DNA of 61,471 nt, the filler included. It is 11 parts of 11 records of this genome, joined end to end, with 100 filler letters (N's around TTAATTAATTAA, not from the genome) between each part and the next. Parts side by side here need not be neighbours in the genome. Positions count along the whole stretch, not along the records: positions 1 to 3,390 come from SRR7504441_9243; positions 3,491 to 11,794 come from SRR7504441_9245; 9 more parts are not named here. One strand, written 5' to 3'. Shown here piece after piece: positions 1-11,894 of this stretch (positions within the stretch are counted from its first letter, which is position 1; each line of letters opens with the position of its first letter). Made by a program: the position numbers and the translations under genes. The notes beneath the pieces were generated by a model. That model saw only the letters and a program-made list of their open reading frames with translations, made no database searches and was not told the DNA's origin.

Positions 1-3000
1 GCCTACTGTGGTGGACTCATCAACTGGTGTCTTACTCCCCCTGAGAAACTCATACTTGCTGTGGTAGAGGGAAAGGATGATTTATGCAAATATGTTGTAA
101 GGATGTCAGAGGGACCATTCAAAGGGCGTTTGGCGCACATCGACACGCGCAGCATGCGTATTGCGGACTTTGGCTCTCGTGTACACGATTGGTTGCCTTT
201 CCAGGCTTCATCGTTGGTTCAAGCCGAGCCCAGCAGCTTCATTGATAAATTGGTTGGGTGCTGTGAAGACATGGATAAATGTTCCGGGCAGCCCATCAGC
301 AAGTCTGTCAACGGACAGTTAACAGCATTGTGTGACGCTATCGAGCAATCCAAGCAATCCAATGGCCTACTCGATATTCTGTCAAACTTCACCCCGACAT
401 CAATCAAAATGACAACAGGTGATGCACCAGGGCTTGAGGTAGAAGCACGATTCTCAATAGCTCGGGTTGACATCAAACTCTCAATCCAGATCAAATACGA
501 CATTGATTCCAAGAAACTAACCATGACTGCAAAGAATGAGAAAATGAGAGCCATCAACAAATACGTACAACTCGGGGGCTGGGTCTTGGCCCTGCAACAT
601 GATTTCAAAAGCTCTAAAAGTGAAATGAGTCTACAAGGGCAGACCAGCTTGTCATTTGGCATTAAAGGAATGAAGCCCCTCGTCGGTAAGGCCACGATCA
701 GGTTGCAAGCTGGTAAGATGTCTCTGCATGCCACGATCGAGTCAAACCAGAAATTGGAGCTGTTTGATCAGTTCAGCTTGAACGGAATTCAGGTGAGCAT
801 TACAAGCAGCTCAAAGCAGACAAGAATCACACTGCGAGCAAACGCCGCTGTCAAGTTTGCAGGCAAAGCCTTAGTGCTGTCTGTCAGAGGTGAAATCACA
901 TTCACCCAGGGGCGCACCACGCTTTCCATGTCTGGCAAGACACAGGGGATGCTGCCTGGAGTGTTTGGGCTGGATGTCGTCTCGATGGGCAAGTTCCGAC
1001 TGAATGTCGTGTTCACAGATGGGGTCGCTGACTATGCTGCACTCCTGGGCGTGCTGTGTGTGGGCGAAATTCAGCATTGCAAGGATGCACTCTCTCGTGA
1101 CAACAACTTAGTTGCAGAATTGACCTTGCTCTACCAAGCACCAGCTGGGAAGGCATGGGGTGGTGGGGATGCCAAACCTGAGGCTCTCAGTCAGAGCTCC
1201 TCATTCAGTGTAGACTCTTCGAGCAACACCCCCCCAGTCGGCGGGTGGGCCGCTTATGCCAAGGTCAGCAAGTTAAACCTCAGGAAAATCGTGCAGCTTT
1301 TTGCTGGATCAAGTGTCGCAGCCAAAGTCCCCAGCATTCTCAATCCAGGTCTGCTGCCAATTCAAGATGATTGCGACGAGACGGATGTAACCACCTGCTA
1401 CTGGATGATTGGCATGAGTGACAGGGACATGCTGCTGCCTCATCTCTCTCCAGCAATGGTGCTACATCGCGGAGTCTCGTTGCATGCGAAGATCAACTTC
1501 TTTGGAGAGCGTGGGATGGCCCAACTGTATGTTCCCGTTGGAGGCAACTCAGATAAAAAGAAATTCACATTCACTCTATCGGTGTTACCACAGGACGTCA
1601 AGTTTACTCCAGCGAAAACATTCGTCTCTGGCAGCATTCCGTCGGCAGAACCCAAGGCTGAAGAGAAGTTACCACGGATCATCAGCCTATTTGAAGACAA
1701 AGACGGCCAACTGCGTTACGAACTTGGGTGGCCTCAGATCTTTTCTTTTGCAAAGCGTGCTCTAAAGAAAGCGGCTCCCAAGCTTGCTAAAGCACTCGAT
1801 GTTCAAGGGCTTGTAGGGAAAGGAATCAATGCACTCGATTCAGTTATGTCCGAAAAGCTCAACCTGGACATGAAAGTGAAGCTCCACGGAGATCCAAAGT
1901 ACTTTTCGGTGGCAGGAGGGTACCAACTGGGAGGCAGCAAGATCAGCGCAGCTGTTCTCGTGTATCGTAAAGGCGGGACCAACTCTCTTGTGGCAGCAGT
2001 GTCATTCGATCTTGCCTTTTTTGCGCGACTGCTGGGGAAACTGATTGGTGGAAGCGTAGGGGATTTCTTGGCAAACCAGCAGCTGCTTGCAGCTATCCAT
2101 GTTGCTGTCATGATCTCAACTCATGACGTATCTTTGCCTCAGGGCTTTCAGTTGCCAGTGCCATTCCAAACCGAGCCAAGCGTGAAACGAGGGGTGTGCT
2201 TTGAAGGCAAAGTTGCCGCACCAGACGATTGTAAGGGAGACATCCTGTGCAACATCTTCAGTCCTGCCTTGCAGATCGCTCAGCCATTCTTAAAAGGGTG
2301 CTTCCATGCAGCGCTCGATGGCTCATCTGGTGCTGACTTCAAAATGGGTTTGAAGAACCTGAAATTGGGTTTTACCGATCAGTTAGTCATTGAAGAGCTT
2401 TCGTACTTCCTCAAGATGAACGCTGCTCCGCAGACTCCCCCTACGACTAAACTTGGGCTCAACCTAAGGGCAAAGCTGAAGCTTGAGGACCCGTTGATAT
2501 TCACTGGCCAGTTATATGTTGGAAAGGAAGGTGGCGCAATATTAGGGCTTAAGCTTGCAATGGCTGGTATGTTGAAGAATGCATTCGGCATTCCGAAATT
2601 TCACCTCGCCGACCTGGTTCTTGCGGGTGAGGTGATGGCTGCCCCTGGACCTCTTATTACAGTAAATCATCTTCTTGTGGGCGGCATGGTCTGCATCGGA
2701 GACTACAACGAATGCAAGCGCATGCAGTACGGCTGTAAGGGTTCGGATGACAAGGTTTCGAATGGCAAGGGTCCGAATGACGAGGATTCGGATGACGAGG
2801 ATTCGGATGACAAGTGTAATAAACAGTTGATGGACAAAACTGACGTGCGTTCTCCTGACAACAAAGAGGCTTGCAGCTCTTGTCCCGTAAAAGACAACAG
2901 ACAAGCCGAAGTAGCCAAGGACATCGCAAAAATCAACAAGAGTAAGAACCTAAAGGCCTTTGCAGCCAAAGCATATCTGGCTTTCCACAAGACAAGGGGA

Positions 3001-3390
3001 TATGCAGTGTATGCAGGGGTCACAGAATTGAGTTTGAACCAAATATCCCGAGCCTTTGCAGGGTATGATTTCCCAGACTGGATGGGCAACCCACGAATTG
3101 GGCCATATAACCAAACCAAATGCAAGGAACAGGGAGGCACTGCATGTTGGGCATACATCGCATTCGCGCCACTGGGGTTCAAGATCGAGGAACTTGGGGT
3201 CGTGATTCCAAGGGGCCAAACGATCTCTGGTCGACTCCACTTGTTTGATGTGTCGATGGGCTTCGAATGCACGGCCTTTGTTGACAAGCTACAGCTTCGG
3301 ATGGATGCCCCGCCGTTTAGCATTGGTCCTGCCGGCACACAGGTGCAAGTGTACCAAAGCAAGGATGGCAAGCTGGTCAGGGACAAAGGG
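1..3390 (+). CDS. Large uncharacterised beta-strand-rich protein with an internal duplication (partial at both ends)
   Basis: Frame open from base 1 to the contig end (>1100 aa) with no intron needed; two similar modules (GMLPGVFG..LCVGEIQHCK..AYAKVSKLNL and GMLKNAFG..VCIGDYNECK..VYAGVTELSL). Confidence 0.8.
2777..2811 (+). repeat. 15-bp coding tandem repeat (ATGACGAGGATTCGG) encoding an acidic DEDSD repeat
   Basis: Directly visible, about 2.3 copies. Confidence 0.8.
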
Positions 3391-3490
3391 NNNNNNNNNN
3401 NNNNNNNNNNNNNNNNNNNNNNNNNNNNNNNNNNTTAATTAATTAANNNNNNNNNNNNNNNNNNNNNNNNNNNNNNNNNNNNNNNNNNNN
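3391..3490. other. Artificial contig linker (N-run + TTAATTAATTAA + N-run); also at 11795-11894, 18292-18391, 24299-24398, 28909-29008, 34086-34185, 37444-37543, 41601-41700, 46923-47022, 57445-57544
   Basis: Ten near-identical 100-nt blocks carrying a six-frame stop linker; ORFs break at them. Confidence 0.98.
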
Positions 3491-3981
3491 TGGTGCGGAC
3501 ACAGATGGAGGGCGCAGTGAACGAACCAGCTCAGCCGCCGCGAAGTGTCCAGGCGCTAGATGCGCTCCTTGCCACAGCCCGGAAGCGACGTGGCGATCTT
3601 CCGTTTCGTACTCCAACCAAGCCCGACCGTGAGCAGGGGGGCGCACCGGGTAGTGATCAGACTGTTGGAGCGATGCAGGGCAATCCGCTCGTAGAAGGGA
3701 CGCCTGGCCCGACGGTGGTCGACCTGCAGCACCCAACAGTGATTGATCTGCAGCCATTGGCTGAGCAACCTTCTCCTGCTAGTAGTGATGCAAGTTCTCC
3801 TGTCCCGGAGAAGCTGCCAGAAGGCCAGATACAGGAGTTGTTACCGTGCCCGGACTGCGGAAGGACGTTCAATGCGCGGGCACTCACTGTGCATAGGAGG
3901 GCGTGCAAGAATGTCTTTGCGACCAAACGGCAACCGTTCAACTCATCGGAGCGGCGGAGTTCACCAAGTATTACGCCCTAA
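3491..3981 (+). CDS. 3' end of a C2HC zinc-finger (zf-C2HC_2-like) protein
   Basis: LLPCPDCGRTFNARALTVHRRAC followed by KRQPFNS; 5' truncated by the linker. Confidence 0.7.
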
Positions 3982-4066
3982 ATCCGGCAATCCTTTCATT
4001 ATAAGCGATTATTAGATTGCAACTATAGCAAAGGCAGCTCCAAGTGCGTATGGGTAGGGGTAGCTT

Positions 4067-4957
4067 ATGGGTACGTACAACACCGAGCCACAGTCAGGTC
4101 ATGGCCGGTTGCTCAACAACGGCACGCGCCAACGCTCGCTGATGTCGGCCGGACCAGGGGGGGGCAAGAAGCGGCGGAAGGCAACGCCGGAGGCGAGCCC
4201 GGCGCTGGCGGCCGCGGGTGACCGGCCGAGCACTCCGGACAAGATGAGCCGGGTGGCGGTGGACTGCTTGCTCCGCCCGGCCCGCGAGGATGAGGAGCTA
4301 GTACTCATACGGCTGCCGGAGCAGGTGGCTTCTGCCGGTCCGGCCCGGCCAGCGCCGGGGGCAGTTTGAGCTGTCGGCGCTCGACAAGTGCACCGTGGCG
4401 CTCCCGGAGTCGCGGGGGGCCGCCACCGTGTGGGAGGTGGGAGGGAACAAATACTCGGTGGCGATGGGCGAACCGGGCACCGAGGCCGACCAGGTGGCTC
4501 GCCCATCGGCCCGGCCGAGCTGGAGGGCAGCTTGTGGCTGTGCGACCGGCGGCCGACGGAGGCGGGGCCATCGGTGGGTGGTAAGCGCGGCTGCCGGCTC
4601 ACGGGCGGGGCAGCGGAGCCGTTCACCTGTGCGTATATGGTGATGGGCCGCGGACTGGAGGCGGGCGAGGATGCGCCGCTGACCCGCACGAGGTGGCCCG
4701 GGCTGCTTGAAAGCGCTGAGCGTCGAGGGCCAGCTTGCGAGTGGCGCAGCATGAAGGGCTGCGATGTCGGTTTCAGTTGCCGGTTCCTGGTCGGAAGTTG
4801 GCAGGGCTGAGAGCTGGGGTAGGGGGCCGAAGTGCTGAAGAAGCGAAAGCTGCCGGCCAAGAAGAAGAAGGATAAGAGCAGGAAGAGCGAGGTGAAGAGT
4901 GCCAAGAAGGAGAAGAAGGATAAAACAAAGAAAAAGAAGAAAGACAAGACCGCATAG
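4067..4957 (+). CDS. RNA polymerase I subunit RPA34.5-like protein (multi-exon; start 4067 or 4142)
   Basis: ELVLIRLP motif, spliced QHEGLRCRF motif and Lys-rich C-terminal tail typical of RPA34; several ~40-nt GT-AG introns. Confidence 0.55.
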
Positions 4958-5194
4958 ATTTGGTCACAACGTGGGTACTAGGCAGCTCGCCGATAACTGC
5001 ATTGCGCACATAAACGAGTTTGCTGCCACTACGAATGCTCACGATGGAACCCGCATATAGTATAATACGGTACTCCTATACCTCTAGTCCTCTACGGTCC
5101 TCTTCATGTGTGGCACTAAATAATGGAAAGCCAACCTATACGAGCACGCCTCTTTCCAGGCAGCTTTGATCGGCGTCAAGCTCCGCCCGGCGTC

Positions 5195-6032
5195 TCACTG
5201 GGCGTCGGGCTGCGCATCGCAGTGCGCTTCCTCGAACGCTCGAACTAGCCCCAGCCGCTCCTCGACCTGCTTGATCAGCGGGAACGCATCCATGTCCACT
5301 CCGAACCTTCGGGCGCCGTACAGCTGCGGCACCAGGCACACGTCGGCGATGCTCACCGTGTCTCCGACGCAGTACAGCCCTGCGGTCTGGCGAAGCTCCG
5401 TCTCGATCCCGTTGAGGCCCTTGGCAATCCACTGAGAGGCCCATGCGGCCTTGTCGCCGCCGAGTGCCACCACAGCCTTGAGGCTCGACAGGTTCTGCAG
5501 CGGCTGGCAGAAGCTGTTGGCAATCTCCGCGATCTGCCCCCCGGGCCGTCTCAACAAGGCGGCCGGTGCGGGCAGCCGGGTACCTGCATGGCCTTGGCTT
5601 TGAGCCAGGGGTCGGCGGGGTAGAGCGAGGGGCCTGGGGCGATGCTGTCGAGGTACTCAATGATTGCCATCGACTGTGTCAGCGTGCGGCCGTCGGGCAG
5701 CTCCAGCACGGGCACCTGCCCCCGCTGGCCCCGCGCCCCGCCCCGGCCGGCGCCTGGCCCATGACGTTGCGGGCGAGGTGCTCCGGCGCGAGCTGCTCGC
5801 CCTTGGCCAGGTGCACGCACACGTTCTCGAACGGCACCCCCTTGAAGCAGAGCGCGATCCTGCAGCGCCAGGAGGACGACGAGCGCCAGTAACCGTAAAG
5901 CGTGTAGCCCGGGGGCGACGGCTCGGCGGCCGGCTCCTCCTCGGGCTCAGCCAGGCCGTCGAGCTCGCGGCGGGACCGCTCCATCTGGGCCAGCGCGGCC
6001 TTCCAGCCGAATGCGGCGTGAGGCCGGAACAT
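5195..6032 (-). CDS. GSTZ1: Glutathione S-transferase zeta / maleylacetoacetate isomerase
   Basis: LYGYWRSSSSWRCRIAL, GQ|VPVL, QSMAIIEYL, QPLQNL, ADVCLVPQLYGARRF, AH..QPDA; introns 5716-5753 (GC-AG) and 5534-5583 (GT-AG); alternative start 6065. Confidence 0.92.
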
Positions 6033-6063
6033 GTCTCTCTGGGTCGAGTGAAACCGGCCGGAC

Positions 6064-6481
6064 ATGCGTTGGCCGCCCGGCCGGTCAGGTGCGTGCCGTT
6101 ACTCGCGTTCGCCCCGATCAGAATGGCAAGGTGTGCTGGCTCAGGCTCACCCCCCCGGGTCCATAGTGCGTGCCGGCTTTGCGCGTGGGGGCCCGGCGCC
6201 CCGCCCCTCTCCCTGTCTGCCCCAGCCGAGCCTCCTCCACTGGCCCTCTCGGTGCTGGGGCTGAGCGCTGGCGCAGGCCGACCTCGTTCGTGATCGGACT
6301 GGGGGCCACCTTCCTGGCGCTCACCTCGGCCGACTACTGGCTCAAGCCAATGCACAGCCGGAACGCTGAGAAGGTGCCCGAGCCCGAGCCCGGGCCTGGC
6401 CGAGCCCGGGCGCAGCGGGCGAAGATACTGGACACAAAGAAGGCGATGCAGGCAGCACGGAACCTCAACCGCCAGGGATAG
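6064..6481 (+). CDS. Small multi-exon protein with one hydrophobic segment; exon structure uncertain
   Basis: TSFVIGLGATFLALTSADYW segment and basic tail; several candidate short introns. Confidence 0.4.
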
Positions 6482-6650
6482 AGGGGCGGGGGGGCGGCTG
6501 CGGGAAGGCGTCATTAGGATGCAGCTCGGCCGCTGCTGCACTGGCCGGTCATGGCACACTTGTACGAGACTTAGCGAATCGTTGTTCATACTAATTGTGT
6601 ATTGCATTGCCTAATCACGTCCTTTATTGCCTATTCACGTCGTCGTCTAA

Positions 6651-7361
6651 CTAATCATCGGCAGCCACGCGGTCTCGCGCCGGCGGCGTGGCGCATTGGC
6701 CCATGCACCGGTGGTTGCCTTCACACTTGCCCCGCCGCCAAAACTCGACCACCAATACCCTCCGCTCGCCGCGAGTCACCATCGCCACCGAGTGCGCCTT
6801 GTGCGACAGAAACAGCAGGCAGTCGCCATACTCAAACGGCTGCTCGCTCAGCGCCTCACCCGAGCCGCGAGTGAGCATCTCGCCGCCTTCGAAATCAACC
6901 CCGGCACGGCTCAGCATCAGGTCGGCAGTCACGACACTGCCGGTGTCCACGTGTACCGGGCAGTCGGTCTTGGTCCGCTGGTTATACTGGTGGAACTCGA
7001 CGCACCTCGGCTCCAGCTCACCCGCCTCATGGCTGCCGATGTCCCAGTGCTCGCTGCAGGCCCGAACAGCCAGCTCTTTAATCCGGGCCACCAGCGGGGC
7101 GATAAGCTCGGGCAGCCCGCCGTGCTGCAGATACAGCTTACCCGGCTGGTCGGTGCCGTACCAGCCGGCCGCCTGGCGGTGCCGCCGCTTGTGGCAGGAC
7201 GCGGTCTCCAACACGCTCGACACGTCCGCCTCGCTGGCGAAGCCCCGGGCGCGCACCACCTGCGACCGGCCGGCGTGCTCCAGCAGCGCCTCCAGCTCGT
7301 GCCGCTGCCGCACCGCAGCCGGCACAGCCGCGGGGTCGCCCTCCTCCCTCCCCCGTTTCAT
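6651..7361 (-). CDS. 2-oxoglutarate/Fe(II)-dependent oxygenase (prolyl-4-hydroxylase-like fold), intronless
   Basis: HVD...DFEGGE...H(SVAMVTRGERR)VLVVEFW: HxD..H..R signature. Confidence 0.85.
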   Translation of the reverse strand: MKRGREEGDPAAVPAAVRQRHELEALLEHAGRSQVVRARGFASEADVSSVLETASCHKRRHRQAAGWYGTDQPGKLYLQHGGLPELIAPLVARIKELAVRACSEHWDIGSHEAGELEPRCVEFHQYNQRTKTDCPVHVDTGSVVTADLMLSRAGVDFEGGEMLTRGSGEALSEQPFEYGDCLLFLSHKAHSVAMVTRGERRVLVVEFWRRGKCEGNHRCMGQCATPPARDRVAADD

Positions 7362-7458
7362 ATGGCGACGCCGTGCGGCCGGAGTGGCTAACGGAAAGCC
7401 GTCAGCTGGCCGTCCCAGCGCAGCTTGGCAGGCTGTGCGGCACCGGTCACACGGTGAT

Positions 7459-9339
7459 ATGGATCCAGCGCAGTTCGCGTATCTGCTCAAGCTCAAGAAC
7501 GAGGGCAAGTCGCGCGAGCAGGTGGCCGAGGTGCCCGCCGGTTCTGGCCGCCGGCCAGCCGCTGGCAGGCCTGGGAGCGGCTGCAGTCCGACGGGGCGCA
7601 GGAGCCGGACCAGCTGAGCTGCTCGGAGCACGAGGCGGCGCTGGTGGGCAGGATCACCGAGCTGCACAACGACCCTTCCCTCAGCCTGGAGCAGAAGCAG
7701 CGGCTGGCCGGCCCGCTGATCAAGCAGCAGCAGCAGCTGGCCGCCCAACGCGCTCAGCCCGCCCTGCAGCCCGACCAGCTGGCCTCCAGCAAGCTCGGCC
7801 TGAGCCCGGCTGACCGACTGGCCGGGGCGGGTAAGATCAAGGAGGAGGCCAACCGGCTGTTCCGTGGCGGCGAGCTCGAGCTTGCCATGCAGCAGTATCT
7901 GCGGATGATTTGGATCCTCCAGCCCGGTGACCGCGAGTTCGACCCGGATCAAGTCCTGCTCCCCGGCCGGTGCCGCCCGAGCCCAGCCTAACTGACGGCG
8001 CGCAGGCCGCTCGGGCACGGGTTCGGAGCAGGCTGCGCTGAGGCGGCCGAGCAGTGGACAGTCGCGCTGCTGAATTGTGCGGCGGCGGCAGTGAAGCTCG
8101 GGCTGTGGGCGCGGGCCAAGCTGTGCGCTGAGGGAGTGCTCCAGACCGCCCCCGGGCAGCCGAAGGCGCTGTACCGGCGGGCACAGGCGCTGCACGGGGC
8201 CGGCGAGCTCGATCTGGCCAGAGATACGCTGCAGGAGCTTATCCGGAGCGACCCACTTAACTCTGCGGCGCGTGGGTTGCTCAAGCAGGTGCTGGCCGAG
8301 TACAAGCAGGCGCAGGCGCAGTTTGGTGGGATGTTCAGCCGGGGCGGCGAGATCTACACGGCAGAGCACCTGGCTGGGGTGCGGGAAGCGGAGAGTGCGG
8401 AGCGATTGAGTCATGAGAAGGGAGCCGCGGCGCGGCGGCGGCTCGCTCGGCACAAGATTAGGGCGGAGCACGGGCATGAGTATGACCCGGTGGAGAAGGT
8501 GACCAGCAGGCTGCCCGACGGGTTGTACGGCGTGCAGGCGTGCTGGCTGGCCGGGCGGCAGCTGACAGTGTGGGCAGATGGACGACTTGATCGGGCTAAC
8601 TGAGGACGAGAAATCCCAACGGCTCGGGCTAAAACCGGATCGGTCCAAGCCGCCCCAGCGGCCGGATTGGATGCCCGAGCGGCACTTTCATCAGTTGGCT
8701 AAGCTGCATAAGGAGGGATGCTCACCCGAGGCTCTGCGTGAGCGTTACGCGTTGATGAAACAAGATGAGAAGAACTGGGCGCGGGACAGGGTCAATGCGG
8801 AGGAAAGCCGCACGCTGCAGGAGCTAGTGGCACAGGGCCGGACGGAGGCCGAGTTGGATGCCGTGTTTGAAGACATTTATCTGGCGGTCGTGAAGAGAGA
8901 GAAGGAGACCGCAAAGCAGCAGGAAGCGGAACGAGAGCGATCAGAGGATCCTCTCGAAGCGGAACGGATGCTCACGGAGGCCAAGGCGAGGCTTGCTGAT
9001 TTGCGTAAATGGGGGCAGCCGTCCAAGGAGGCGGAGGCTGAGGTGCTCGAGCAGCATGTGAGGAGGCTGGAGACGGCGCTTGCTGTTCAGCAGCGGCCGA
9101 CAGAGATTGAAGCCGGGCTGCAGATGCTGTTGCAAACCGGGAAGAACGAGGAGCAGCTGGCCCGGCTAGTGCTCCAAGCACAGGATAGGCTAAAGTTGAA
9201 TCCGTTGCAAAGGCGACGGGTGCGGCAGTGCGCTGTGAGCGATGGCCTGGACTCAAATCAAGTGGCCATGCTTGTTGCTGTGGCACGAGAGGTGGTCGCG
9301 TCGTGGAGTCGAGCGCTAAGTGTCGACGACGCGTCTTAG
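7459..9339 (+). CDS. TPR-repeat protein with coiled-coil C-terminus (multi-exon)
   Basis: KEEANRLFRGG, LLNCAAAAVKLG, KALYRRAQA TPR motifs; exons joined by short introns. Confidence 0.75.
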
Positions 9340-9417
9340 GCTGCATCTCTCTATATATTTAAAAAGAATGCGTTTATAGCACAGTATAATGTTATATAGA
9401 GTGATACATGTCTATCC

Positions 9418-10267
9418 TCACAATGTCCTAGACATGTCCTTTAGGAAGCGCCTTGGCTTGTGGAGCAATGGAACTGCAGGAAGCTCCTGGAGCACCCGGA
9501 TCCGGTGCACGTCGCTCAACCTGTTCTCTTCAAACAAGTGAAGCTCGTGGCGGTACTTGGCCATGGTTCGCTTAGGCGACATTGCACTGCCTTGCTCCAT
9601 TAGGGTGGGTCTGCTGAATAAATTCCGATTAGCTATGTGTAGTCCATCGTTGAGCAGGCTCGAGCTTACATGGTGGCTGGCATCCCAGTCAGCTGCAACC
9701 AGCGGGTCAGCATCTGTGCAACCAGCGGCTAAAGCAATCGCACCGGTTCGGATGCATCTCTGCTGGGTTTCAGTCTGCCCTCCGAATCGGGCGAGTGGGT
9801 TCCATACCAGCTGCCCCGGCCTGGCCAGCGGGTCCACGCGCGGGCTATGTATCCGATTGTACTGCCCTTGCATCTCGGTTGTCACCCGCTGTTGGCTCGG
9901 ATCTGTGGCCATGTACCTGCCGCAGCTCGGTTGCGCCCCACAGCACGCCGCACCGTCGCCGTGGAATGTGCATGGACAGCGCTAGCGAGCCCTGCAGCGT
10001 ATTGTTGAACGGCCGGTCAGACCGGTCGAGCCGGATATCCCCGTTGCTCAGCTCGCGCGATGGAGTGTCGAAGTAGCTCCTGTAGGGGTAGCACAACTCG
10101 TGGTTGCGCCGGGAGAGCGGGAATGCGAATTGCGCGTCCCAGCCGGAGGTGAGGTCCTTCAGGTGCTCCTCCCGGGTGGTGAGCGCCAGATGACGCTCCC
10201 GCCGCGCCCGCAGGCCGTCCATCACCGCCCACCGCGGCGGCTCAGCCAGCGCCCGCGACCCCCCCAT
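9418..10267 (-). CDS. Hypothetical protein, two exons
   Basis: ORFs 9845-10267 and 9418-9912 are joined in frame by a 37-nt GT-AG intron (~9917-9953). Confidence 0.55.
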
Positions 10268-10423
10268 GCTGCCCTGCAGGGAGCCCCGTTATAGAGTCTA
10301 ACGGCTGCATCCCTAACGGCTCACGTGACCGAGCCTCTGCAGGGCACATGACGACAGTGTGGCATTGCTCCGTCGGCGACACGCCACATTGCCCCAGAGC
10401 AGCAGCAGCCAGCCCCCCTCACG

Positions 10424-11794
10424 ATGAGCGAGCCCACCCACCTGAGCATCAAGCCCGATCCGGGCGCCTTCCAGCCTACCGGCCCATCTAACGCACCGGA
10501 CACTGTCAGCACCCAACCGGCCCAGGCAGCCCGCCGGTTTCAGCCCGGGCTGACCGCTTCGCCCCAGTGTCGACTGACCGCGTGGCTGTATGAGGAGCGC
10601 AATCCACTTTACCTGCTGGCGCTGCATACTGTCAGCCTGGTGTGGCAGCCGGGGCCCCAGGCAGATCGGCGGGTCAGGCGCTCCTGATCGCTTCGATCAG
10701 TCGGCAGAGTGCAGACCCCAACATAGGCAGCTGGACTCCGGAGAATAAGTCCTGGCTGGTCCCGAGCCTGCACGTTGTGATCGTGGTCATCCTCTTCTGC
10801 GGAGTCGTCATGTACTGCTCTGCAGGATTACCACCGAGCCGGTGGGACAGACTGCTCAATTTTTGCTTCCTGTGGATCCTCAAGCTCAAGGACCCGACTG
10901 CTGCGGCCGATCCACGCCCCCCGATGAACGCACAGGTCTCGATGGCGGGTGAGAGCGTTTGCTGATCAGTGGCAGATGGGCTATGTTTACGTGTCGATGG
11001 CTGCGTTCTTGTTCAGCGCGGAGCTTTTCGACTGGGCGCCCTACATTCGGTACTATCACATCTTTCCGTTTGCAACGCTGACTGGCTGCACGCTCTATGT
11101 ACCTCTTCAGCGCCCGACGACACTGATCGACACGGCAGGTCGAGGCGGCCTTCCTGTCGGGTGACCAGCACAAGGGAAAGGACTGGGCCTTCATTCAAGG
11201 CTGTTTCCCCTTCTTCTTCCTGTGCTACTGGTGCGCGCCGGGTAGTTCAAAGGCGGTTGACACTGCGGCGCAGCGCGCGCGAGGTACACGTCATGATTGC
11301 AGGGTTCTGCTTTGCAGTGATGGAATTCGTGTACAATGCCCCGCCCACGCTCGGGCGGTCAACTACAGCAGCTGCAGCTGCGGCGAGGGTGGGTTGAAGT
11401 GCATCTAGGCTGGCCTTCTTTGCTTCACTCAGGCCATCGGTGCCACCTGAAAACCAGTGCTGAGGAGCGCATCGACTTCGGCCTACGCACGGGCAATAGC
11501 CATATCTGATTCAATCGACTGCAGCATGTCCAGACTTTGGTTGATTGCTAACCATCATGGCCCAAGCACCAGCTGGTGAATTGGCTGGCGCCTGAAGGCA
11601 AAGATCGGCCCGCGTTCGGTTGATTTCCAATTTGTCCGATTCCGCCATTTCTTTCATTTTTCTTTCGCCATCAACACTGTCTTGTGAATGGTTGCAGGAA
11701 TAGGTCATGTCAGGAACAGTACTCCCTGGTAGAAAGAGTGTGTGTGCCCTCTCCCAGGCGGCCCTCAAGGTGTTTGACAAGGACGGCAACGGCT
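10424..11794 (+). CDS. Multi-exon membrane protein, possibly with an EF-hand at the contig edge (3' part uncertain)
   Basis: Several hydrophobic exons linked by short introns; ALKVFDKDGNG at 11761-11793. Confidence 0.45.
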
Positions 11795-11894
11795 NNNNNN
11801 NNNNNNNNNNNNNNNNNNNNNNNNNNNNNNNNNNNNNNTTAATTAATTAANNNNNNNNNNNNNNNNNNNNNNNNNNNNNNNNNNNNNNNNNNNN

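Noticed and set aside
3391-3490. Regularly recurring TTAATTAATTAA motif
   Set aside because: Artificial six-frame stop linker inside N gaps, not biological
8499-8577. Possible back-to-back introns (39 nt GT-AG plus 40 nt GC-AG) suggesting recursive splicing
   Set aside because: The first part is in frame and stop-free, so one GC-AG intron or one 79-nt intron explains it
7362-8648. N-terminal extension of the 665-aa minus ORF and other long antisense ORFs (e.g. 51081-52640, 40421-41395)
   Set aside because: Shadow ORFs opposite real genes in GC-rich DNA
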